From positions 9,669 through 73,668 of the forward strand of contig JAUCBJ010000203.1 of NCBI GenBank assembly GCA_032718475.1: a stretch of DNA of 64,000 nucleotides, written 5' to 3'. A program made the position numbers and the translations under genes. Origin of the DNA: Nemertoderma westbladi. Its lineage: Eukaryota; Animalia; Xenacoelomorpha. Shown here one piece after another: positions 54,950 to 64,000 of this stretch. Below the pieces are notes generated by a model, which was given only the letters and a program-made list of their open reading frames with translations, ran no database searches and was not told the DNA's origin. Each line of letters opens with the position of its first letter. The stretch's first letter is position 1.

Positions 54950-56485
54950 TTACCAACTAATAAATTTGATGAAATATTTGAACTATTAAATGATATTAAT
55001 ATTACCAAAGCCCCGGGACCGGATGGTATTCATCCTCGAGTTTTAAATGAATCCAGAGAGGTGATAGCCCCTGCATTGCAGATTCTATTTACAAAATGTT
55101 TAATAGAGGGCAAAATACCAACAGAATGGAAGAAGGCCCATGTTAGCCCAATTCATAAAAAGGGTAGTAAAGCTGTACCGGAGAATTACAGGCCAGTTAG
55201 TTTAACTTCTATAGTTTGTAAACTATTTGAGAAGGTAATCATCAGGAAATCCATCATTGACCATATGGATAGAAACAAGTTATTCTCTAATGCACAACAT
55301 GGATTTATATCGGGGAGAAATACGGTTACACAGCTTTTGGAATCATTGGACATTTGGTCCGAAATTATAGACAGCGGAGGATCTCTAGATGTAATTTACT
55401 GTGATTTCATGAAGGCTTTTGACCGTGTTCCCCATGGGCGTTTATTGGCAAAGCTACGAGGCTATGGTATATCTGGAAATGTATATAATGTCAATAGTGA
55501 TTTTCTTAAAAATAGATTACAACGAGTGGTAATAAATGGCCATCATTCTGCATGGACAAGTGTTATAAGTGGTATTCCTCAAGGAAGCGTAATCGGGCCG
55601 TTATTGTTTGTTTTATTTATAAATGATCTTCCCGACGTAGTTACATCGTATGTTCAGCTGTTTGCCGATGATACAAAGATATTTGCACGTACTGACAGTA
55701 TTGAAGATTGTGAACAGCTACAGAGTTGCATAAATGCTTTGGATGAGTGGTCAAGAATATGGCAGTTATCATTTCACCCAGATAAATGTAACGTTCTACG
55801 TATGGGACATAATATACAGGATTTTACGTATACGATGTACGGTGCAGTTATTGATGAGAAGGTGAAGCAACGTGACCTTGGCGTGTTGGTTGATAATAAA
55901 CTTAGTTTCAGTTTACATGTGCAGGAAATAGCTAATAAAGCAAATAAAGTGATGGGGATTATAAGGAGATCATTCGATTATTTAGATGCATCAACTTTCC
56001 GCAAGCTATATTGTTCATTGATACGACCTCGTCTTGAATATGCTGGTCCGGTATGGAATCCAAGGAAAGTCGAGGATATCGAATTATTAGAATCTGTACA
56101 ACGGCGGGCGACTAAAATGATTCCGGGTTTTAAAGATTTACCATATGAGGACAGACTCAGAAAGTTATCCCTCCCTACTCTCGTGTTTAGACGGCTACGT
56201 GGTGACATGATTCAGGTATACAAGTACATGCATGGACTCTACAACTCGCGAATCCTGTTCAGTGTCGCTCAATCTAGTAGTACAAGGGGTCATATTTTTA
56301 AATTGGAAAAACCTCGGTCTAGTAAATGTGCCCGTCAGCATTGTTTTAATTTGCGTGTTGTAAATAGCTGGAACTCACTACCGTCGAATGTTGTAACCTC
56401 CCCAACCATAAACTCTTTTAAGAATATCCTTGATGCGCACTGGTGTAACCACCCACTTTTATATAACGTTAAAGGCACGCAGTAA
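54950..56485 (+). mobile_element. 5'-truncated CR1-clade LINE with an uninterrupted RT-to-C-terminus ORF
   Basis: KAPGPDGIHP..NYRPVSLTS..QHGF..DFMKAFDRV..SGIPQGSVIGPLLF..LFADDTK..RPRLEY..VQRRATK..RRLRGDMI..TRGH..RVVNSWNSLP. No stops in 474+ aa. Confidence 0.95.
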
Positions 56486-56606
56486 TGTATTTAAATGTTT
56501 TTTTACTTAAATATACGTTTTTAAACTGTATTTAGTTCAGTGTGTTTAATTTTACTGGTATGTGTATAGGTAAAAATTACATCTATCACTTAAACAATTA
56601 TATTAC

Positions 56607-57406
56607 ACCATAACCTTTAATACAACAACCATTTTAAGGGGGTCGGAGCCCCCCCCCCCCCCCCCCCAAATTTTTTTCAAAGTTCTATAAAATGCTACGA
56701 AATTTGGTATGATGATAGATCGACACCTTTTCTTACTGGTGGCCTGGCCGGATTTTTTAATTTATGAGCTATTTCGATACAACAAGCCGTTAAAAATCGT
56801 CTATTTCGCAATATTTAGCCACCTCCGTCAGCTTTAGTTTTCGTCTTTGGAATGCATCTAGATATCATTAGAACCGCCTTCATCTGCAGATTCCGAATAT
56901 GAAACCCGTTGTAAATTTCACCAAGAACTTCCGGAGATATTATCAAAATACTAAGGTGTAAATTTTTGTGACGTGAATCGCTATAATTCTAATGTTTTAT
57001 TTACTCAATTCTAGAATATTAATTATGGATAATGAAAAAGCAAGATGGAGAGTTTTAAACGCTCAGCTAAATAATTTTTTTTTTTACCAATTACTGGTTA
57101 AATTTAAAACGGTTTTCAGATACGGAATCTACAGACGAAGGCGCTTCGAAATGATATCTAGATTACATTTCAAAGACGTAAAATAAAGTCTACGGAGGTG
57201 GTTAAACATTGCTAAATAGACATATTTTAAGGGATTGTTGTATGGAAATAACTGAGAAATTGAAAAATCCGGCCAGGCCACCAGTAAGAAAAGGTGTCGA
57301 TCTATCATCATACCGAATTTCGTAGCATTTTATTGAAATTTGAAAAAAATTAGGGGGGGGGGGGCTCCGACCCCCTAAAAATGGTTGTTGTATTAAGGGT
57401 TATGGT
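56607..57406. mobile_element. 800-bp foldback/MITE with ~320-bp inverted arms
   Basis: ACCATAACCTTTAATACAACAACCATTTTAAGGGGGTCGGAGC..GATAGATCGACACCTTTTCTTACTGGTGGCCTGGCCGG is mirrored at ~57090-57406. Identity declines toward the centre. Confidence 0.85.
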
Positions 57407-58067
57407 CTCTAATTACAAATTGTGGCGGTATGTTGGTGGAGTAGATGGATATGCATGCAAGTATACATGCAATAGTTTACTTTATTTATCTGTTGAAATC
57501 ATCACACAGTGCAGTAACTTTTAGAATAGCGGCGGGAAATTTAAATCGTTTTTATCTATTGAACTCCTGTTGTTGAGTCTCACTGTGCTGCTGTGTGACT
57601 GCCTAGAGTGCCTGATTCTGGTCTGTTTGTTTGCATTCTGTTCTCGTACTTATACAACAGTAGCAGAGTACGGTAGCCTACAACTTAGCTATTGTGTATG
57701 TCGTGTTGTTGTCGTATTCGTCCACTCCACAGGTCCACACACGCACCATACCGACCGCGACCACTCTAACCATTCCACTACTAACTTCAGACCTTGTAAC
57801 GTAAGTTGTAATAACCAGATGATCGATCGACATAGGCCTACAGACATAGCATGAACCACACAGTCTCCTCATACAATTATATTAGTTATAGTTATATATA
57901 GGCCTACTAGTTCACTAACTCACTGAATGACGCAGTCGGGATTACGATTACAATTTCTGCCCATAATCAACCGTTGCAACTACCGGTACCGGTACCGCGT
58001 TACCGGTATTGCTACTTCATATCATTCTGACGACTGACGCTTACCCATCGAATTCCAAAGTCAAAAG

Positions 58068-58226
58068 ATGCGGGATGTTACAACTCAAACTCTCAAAGAG
58101 TTACAGAATGTGTCAAATAACATTAGGAATATTTGTATTATGGCGCACGTCGACCATGGGAAGACCACTTTGACGGACAATTTGCTCGCCAGTAATGGAA
58201 TCATTTCGAAAAGAATAGCAGGAAAG
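58068..58226 (+). CDS. EFL1: Elongation factor-like GTPase 1, coding exon 1
   Basis: [40 protein letters not shown] (G1 box, EFL1-type ASNGIIS motif). Donor AAG|GTATGA. Confidence 0.93.
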
Positions 58227-58434
58227 GTATGAAATATACAAACATGGGGAATTATTGTAGCTTAAGTATTATATTGCCTATTTCACATCATACAGTTGTA
58301 ACTCTTATTCACTATTACTGTATTATATTGTATTCTTAAGTCATATTAATATATCAGAAAGTCCATAATAATTCCTTGATTATATTCCTTAGATTATATT
58401 TGTATCCCAAATTCGATTACCAATTTATTTGTAG

Positions 58435-58596
58435 CTCCGTTATATGGATAGTCGACATGACGAACAGTTGAGAGGAATTACTATGAAGTCGTCGGCGATT
58501 TCATTGGTCCACCCAATAGCCAATGAAATAGGAGAAGCTGATAAATATCTCATCAATCTAATCGACTCTCCTGGCCACGTTGATTTCTCTGGAGAG
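58435..58596 (+). CDS. EFL1: EFL1, coding exon 2
   Basis: [41 protein letters not shown] (G2/G3). Flanked by AG and GT. Confidence 0.93.
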
Positions 58597-59185
58597 GTTA
58601 TTGATTACTATAGGGGAGTGGGTGTCGGGCTCGTTATGTAACGATAGGCCAATAAAGAAATGGACAATCATTACACCAACCCCCAACACCAACTAGAGTA
58701 ATTTATTCCACACATCTCTATCATGTTGCTGGAGAATTATACAAATAATTTACACAGACAGACTAGATACCACCTAACATTTAAACTGTCGCGTAAATGA
58801 AATTCCCGAATGCTCGGTGTGCAGCCTTAGTAGGCCTACCAGAAATTATATGGAATGACATGTTTATCAATTTTCAAAATACTAACTCCGTCACTTTTTA
58901 TCCAAATTTAATAACAATTCTTGTTTGAAAGTTTTTTGAAGATCTTGAAAAACTCTCAAAAACGTTTGTTTCAAATAGTTTGGATAAATATCAAGGGATT
59001 AGTATTGTTTTTAGTGACGTCGACGTTCGAGTTCTCTGCCAATCACCAGCACATAGTGGCCCTTAGGAACCCCCGTTATTATTATAAATCCCTTCACTGA
59101 TTTGTCACTATTTTTGTTGTTTGTTGTTGACTCAGTGGAGTTTGGTGTGTCTAACGTATTTAAATTATCCGTTTTGTTTATTTAG

Positions 59186-59257
59186 GTTTCAACAGCTGTC
59201 AGACTTTGTGACGGCGCTGTAATTTTGGTTGACGCCGTCGAAGGGGTCTGTCCACAG
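59186..59257 (+). CDS. EFL1: EFL1, coding exon 3
   Basis: [24 protein letters not shown]. Acceptor TTTAG, donor GTCAGT. Confidence 0.93.
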
Positions 59258-59551
59258 GTCAGTAAAGGACGAAACACTGTAAATTCCCATCTATAATGTA
59301 GGACTTTTCTATTGATTAACTATAAATTTTAGCTAATATTTTTCCGGGTACCGCTGCTACCTTGATACCCCTATAACTCCCGAAGGTGATGTCTGTTATT
59401 AATAAATTTACACCCTTTATTCTGTTTAGTCCAATGAGTTTTAAATTGCCTGCGTTTGTTTTTTTGTCTCACAACGGATACAAATTTTATAGTTATTAGT
59501 AACTAAATGTTTATTAATTCATCATCCAACCATTTGCCTTTATTTTCTTAG

Positions 59552-59689
59552 ACCAACGCGGTGATTCGCCAAGCGTGGCTGGAAGGCATACAGTCCGTTC
59601 TTGTTATTAATAAAATCGATAGATTGATAACCGAGTTAAAACTTCAGCCTCTTGAAGCTTATCATAGAATTAACCAGGTTCTAGAACAG
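59552..59689 (+). CDS. EFL1: EFL1, coding exon 4
   Basis: TNAVIRQAWLEGIQSVLVINKIDRLITELKL..VLEQ (G4 NKID). Donor GTTAGT. Confidence 0.93.
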
Positions 59690-59958
59690 GTTAGTGGCGG
59701 TTTAGGGATGTTTAATAGTAGTTTGTCGGTCGGTGATTAATGAATGCTACTGCGTTGAAGGTTTAATAAAAGCGGGTTCAATAAGTACTGATTTAATTAC
59801 TCAATGCTTCCCGCGGGATATTTTAATTGTAAAACTTGGTAAAAGATAAAATGTTTTTTAAACACATAACATACTTTGGTGTAGTGGTGATGTGATAATG
59901 TTAGGATGTTGTTATTAATTATATAAATAGGAGATGAGCTGTTGCAACTGTAATTAAA

Positions 59959-60364
59959 GGTGTAATGTTATAGGTTTGTTCAGAAGTGGAAAAAATGAGA
60001 AAGCGCGTCATCGGGGGTTGAACCAGCGCTATACGTACCATAGCCATAGTAACCTAGTCGGAACATAGTCACCTGGCAGCAATACTCGAGTTTAATATTT
60101 ATTTATTTGTACTTCCCTCCTGTTTCACTCAAACATACTTGAGGCCGTTAGGTCCGCTGTTAGAGATAGAATATATGCAACTTAAGACTGCCCGTTCAAT
60201 AGAAGTGGATTGGGTGGGACTGCGAGTGTCAGGGGCTAGTGGCTGAACTGGTTAGCGCTACTGATGAGGCCTGTTAGGCCGAAACGTGCGTATAGCGCTG
60301 GTTCACCCCCGATGACGCGCTTTCTCATTTTTTCCACTTCTGAACAAACCTATAACATTACACC
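59959..60364 (+). mobile_element. Inverted-repeat element carrying a hammerhead ribozyme; probable Penelope-like/retrozyme-type non-autonomous derivative
   Basis: ~80-bp arms (59959-60038 and 60286-60364) are near-perfect reverse complements. The right arm overlaps the 3' half of the ribozyme. Confidence 0.65.
60244..60305 (+). ncRNA. Minimal type I hammerhead ribozyme
   Basis: Stem I AGCGCUA/UAGCGCU (extended by UGAAC/GUUCA), core CUGAUGA (60261-60267), stem II GGCCU-GUU-AGGCC, GAAA (60281-60284), mini stem III AC-GUGC-GU, predicted GUA cleavage after 60292. Confidence 0.88.
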
Positions 60365-60949
60365 ATTATTAATTATAAGATGTGCGATTCTCTGTTTAGG
60401 TGAATGTTCTTTTTTTGCCATTCAGCCATTCGATTTATTCTGTACTCCATCGATGCACCCTCGGGTGGTTTACTCTGTCAGCGGTTTCATTGAAATAAAT
60501 AGTTAACCCTTTGCTGCTCAGTGTTGTTCCGGAACAACATTCCTATTATTGGCTCTCCCAATCTCAGAATGGTAATATGTGAAATCTAATTGGTTGATAT
60601 GGGTTGTCAACATGTTTCTTGTACCTGAGGATCAGTTTCCTTTGCTTTCCAGAGGGAAATTTGAACATTGGCTTACATATTGTGAGCCTATGCTTCAATA
60701 AGCGGTAATTGAAAAAAACACGTGCATTCATATTGTTAAAAAAGACAATTCCCTTTAATTTTTCCGTTCCAAAAAAATTGAGTAGATAGGAAAAATGTAT
60801 AAGATGATTTTCGAATGCTCCAATAGATTGTTAATCGATTTTAACCAAGTGAGTAGTGTTTTAAAGATTGTTGTCCCACAACAACATTGCCCATTTAAGA
60901 AAGCTATAATTACGCTGTTATTAGTTTTTATTTCACACTTTCACAGGCA

Positions 60950-61350
60950 CTTTCACAAGAATGCTGCGCAGAGTTCACTCTGTCAAGTACAATGAACACA
61001 TCTCCAACCAAACTCTATACAGTATTGGAGGTGTTCCATTAATCTTCACTAGCTTGACACTTGAACGGAACCGCCTCCGCTTTTCAGGACATTGCTTACG
61101 CCGTAATGACCAGCCAGTGCATAACCTTGTGCTTTGGCGCTCTCATGGAGCGAATAAGCATGGTGGACAGCCCATGACTTTCTTGAGACGCATTTTAAAG
61201 GACACTGGCCTTGAAGATGCAGATGATCTAGCAAATGTCATGGGTGATAGGGTGTTGTTGCGGGGCAATTTTTTCGACAAGCCATCACAGCATTCTTAAT
61301 ATATATGTAATACATATATAATGCAGCATGCCTGCCGATCGTAGTAGTAG
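60950..61350 (+). mobile_element. RTE-like LINE 3' fragment, nested in the piggyBac element
   Basis: LRRVHSVKYNEHISNQTLY..RLRFSGHCLRR..LVLW is a typical RTE ORF C-terminus. (TAG)n tail. Confidence 0.8.
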
Positions 61351-61359
61351 TACCGGTAA

Positions 61360-61730
61360 TTTACTATATCAAGTACAATGCACACATCTCCAAGCGGACA
61401 CTTTATAATATTGGAGGTGTCTCTCATTGGTTCCCCCAAGCTTGACGCTGGAACAAAGCCGCCTCCGCTTTGCATGACATTGCTTTCGCCGTGAGGACCA
61501 GCCAATGCATAATATTGTACTTTGGCAGCCTCATGGAGTGAATAAGCATGGTGGACAGCCCATGACTTTCTTGAGACGCATCTTGAAGGACATTGGCTTT
61601 GAAGATGCGGATGATCTAGCAAATGAAATGGGTTATAGGGAGTTGCGGCGGCGAAATTTTGTCGACATGCCGGCAAAGCTTTCTTAAAAATGCAGCTGCA
61701 ATGCAGCATACCGATCCTATAGGAGTAGTA
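61360..61730 (+). mobile_element. Second RTE-like 3' fragment, tandem to the first
   Basis: Diverged copy of 60950-61350 (NKHGGQPMTFLRRILKD..EDADDLAN) with a GTAGTAG tail. Confidence 0.8.
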
Positions 61731-62076
61731 GTTCGGTACCAGAACAAAGATGTGTATTCAATTGTCATACCAGATAGTAATGATAGTGGGGAAGATGAAT
61801 CTGATACTATTTTACCAAATATTTTTGCTACCATTAATGCTCATTGTTGTTCCTGAACAACATTCATTAAATATATTCAAAAAATAAAATAAATAAATTT
61901 TTTGGCATTAATGTGTTCTTTTAGACAGTTTTCAGTTTATCCAACCTAAAAAAAAATTTTCTAAACCATTAAAAATAATTCGAGCAGCAAAGGGTTAAGG
62001 GCTAATCTATCTATTTAGTTTCAGTTTCAGATGTTGTCCGACTTCAGATGGATATTAACTAAATATCTATTAATAG

Positions 62077-62349
62077 GTAAACGCCATAACCGGTAGCCTC
62101 TTCTCGGCCCATATGCACGAACAAACAGGTTCAAACACACCCGCTGCACGCTCTGAGTCTACTAAAGGCGCGACCAATCAGAGCTCTTCTAACTGTTCTA
62201 GCGGTACCGAACCGACGACAGTGGAGTTCTTTGATTGGTCCGTTGAGACATCGGATGACTCACACCTATATTACTCGCCTCCCCTCGGGAATGTTGTGTT
62301 CGCCTCTGCTTACCACGGTTGGGGTTTTACTATTGGTCAATTCGCCAAG
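62077..62349 (+). CDS. EFL1: EFL1, coding exon 5
   Basis: VNAITGSLFS..DWSVETSDDSHLYYSPPLGNVVFASAYHGWGFTIGQFAK (G5 region). Donor AAG|GTAACT. Confidence 0.92.
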
Positions 62350-63736
62350 GTAACTTCTACCATTTTCATATTCAATAATAAATAGGTAGACTGGCATTGT
62401 GCGGGACTGCTAAACTAAAATATAACTGGGTGATTCTCATTAAATCTGATGGTAGAAATAACGGAACGAGGTCTAAATATATTGGCTTCAGAATTTCCAT
62501 CACCTATTAATATACTTGATTATTCCATTGATGTTGTGTTCTGATGTTTCCACTTAGGAAAACTTTTTAATTAAAAAATATTTTTAAAATACACCTGAAT
62601 TTCTTTGGAAATAGATGAAACATAAGAAATAGACAACAATAACATTGCGTGTGAGTTTGATAAATAAATGATATCATCTTGAATCGTTTAAAGGTTTATC
62701 AGCTTAACATATTCAGATCGAAAATTTCGCGGAAATGTGAAACAAAATGTCTTTACATCGGCTGCTTTAAGTGAGTATCATTTGCCAAATAATTTATGTA
62801 ACTTTTTTAAATTGTTTTGTAATAATTAAAAGGGTAAATAAATATCTTACAGAGGCGGATAGTAAAGTTTCTCTGTAATTTCAAACACAAATAAATGGAG
62901 TATACCAGACATTCTGATGGTATAATTCACTTTGCAGTTTGAGTTTACTTTACCCCCATGTTAATAATTCCGGGTTTTCACTAAAAACCCAGGATACATA
63001 TGAGCTGAATCTAACCAAAACAATTTGCAAACTTATTACCTGTACATATTAGTATATGTGATAGAAATGAGCGCTATAAAACACTTTAATAATGAGAAAT
63101 TTCAAAAATACAAATCCTTCACCGAAAAGTGAAAACCTAGAATACTTTACTTGGGCGAATATTATACTTATTTTTTGGCAATTCCCTAATTTATTTCTTA
63201 TAATGTTTTTCGTGTAACAATTTATCAACTTATTTGGGACTCGTAGCTTTGATACCAGCTTTGTTTCCTACGGTGTAATGTATATGCATGCATGTTGCCA
63301 CGACAATTCTTTTTTGGCAGAAAAAGTAATCCTTAAAGTAAAGGAAAATCCTTAAAGTTTTAAATTTGTGTTCACATTAATTATAACTCAAATTGGACAG
63401 AAATAACATTTTATATTGAGGAGCTGAACTTTGATCAGAGGAAAATTATAGTAATCGCGCTGTTGAATGTTGATTTTACACAGAATATTTAAGGTTGGGT
63501 CCATGTTTTTGTATTTTTTTAGGCTCTTATTCGCTCCATCTAGACTGAATATTGCGAACAAATTATATTCTGCTATAATTATCATATCTAGCGATAATTA
63601 TTGCGTGAAGTTAGCGTGCAATCTGCAAATGTCCCTTGTTACAATGAGATACAAATTTTAATTATATCAAAATATTTATTACGCAATGCGACCCCAGGTC
63701 ACCAATATCACCAAATATATTTTACTTAAAATTTAG

Positions 63737-63973
63737 ATAGTTTCGGAGAAGATTGGGGCCAGTGTATCCGCTCTGAATGCCACCCTGTGGGGCGATTATT
63801 ACATTGATAGTAAACGGAAACGAATATTGAGAGGCGCCCAATCCAAGGCGAAGAAACCCCTATTCGTTCAGTGCGTGTTGGAGAACATTTGGTCGGTTTA
63901 TGAAGCCGTGATACTCCGAAGGGACGACGAACGGATACGGCGGATAACAGAGTCCTTGGGAATAAAGATTCAG
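63737..63973 (+). CDS. EFL1: EFL1, coding exon 6 (gene continues beyond the window)
   Basis: IVSEKIG..TLWGDYYID..KKPLFVQCVLENIWSVYEAV..SLGIKIQ. Acceptor TTTAG, donor GTGAGA. Not in the supplied ORF track. Confidence 0.92.
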
Positions 63974-64000
63974 GTGAGATAAAGTGATATTGGTATCAAT

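Larger units (their letters stand above)
60507..61994. mobile_element. Non-autonomous piggyBac-like element (EFL1 intron 4)
   Basis: TTAA|CCCTTTGCTGCTC ... GAGCAGCAAAGGG|TTAA, a perfect 13-bp TIR with TTAA TSD. Subterminal palindrome TGTTGTTCCKGAACAACA occurs near both ends. Confidence 0.88.

Noticed and set aside
44480-56485. The two LINE pieces as one element split by insertions
   Set aside because: Both cover the same RT region (PDG..YRP.SLT..HGF..KAFD) with clearly different sequences, so they are independent insertions.
34700-57365. Many long poly-G/poly-C runs as a G-quadruplex system
   Set aside because: Most coincide with MITE termini, and homopolymer lengths are unreliable in assemblies.
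33660-58040. Other CTGANGA hits as hammerheads (~33670, 39856, 43633, 52083 minus strand, 58027)
   Set aside because: None is followed by a stem II plus GAAA and a closing stem I. The 52065-52090 hit is a simple palindrome.
60233-60320. A true tRNA gene
   Set aside because: No acceptable acceptor stem, T stem or anticodon arm; only A/B-box-like motifs around the hammerhead.
63467-63661. Short ORF with a good-looking acceptor as an EFL1 exon
   Set aside because: Phase-0 entry at 63523 hits a stop after 6 codons and has no EFL1 similarity. Exon 5 joins 63737 cleanly.
58068-63973. eEF2 or EFTUD2 assignment for the GTPase
   Set aside because: [39 protein letters not shown] and LWGDYY..KKPLFVQ..LENIW are EFL1/Ria1-type. 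There is no acidic N-terminal extension as in EFTUD2.

Overview
AT-rich eukaryotic DNA, most likely from an invertebrate animal (spliceosomal introns, animal-type TEs). Bases 1-33042 are the distal end of a large 24-bp satellite (TATTGGTACTACAGTTCTGKACTA) with many indel variants and multi-kb internal duplications; all ORFs called there are artefacts. The remaining ~31 kb holds a complete 3-exon ABHD17 depalmitoylase CDS (minus strand, 295 aa) and, divergently, the first six coding exons of EFL1 (plus strand). Between and within the genes are nested transposons: two CR1-like LINEs, three RTE tails, piggyBac-, hAT-, Kolobok- and Helentron-like non-autonomous elements, and minisatellites. The most notable findings are (1) a minimal type I hammerhead ribozyme in EFL1 intron 4, in sense orientation, inside an inverted-repeat element and bracketed by Pol III A/B-box-like motifs and a T6 run; (2) six MITEs with different TIRs that share one ~58-bp internal core; and (3) TA-CAG-TA/TA-CTG-TA excision-footprint-like insertions. 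Coordinates were read by eye; element boundaries may be off by a few bases.
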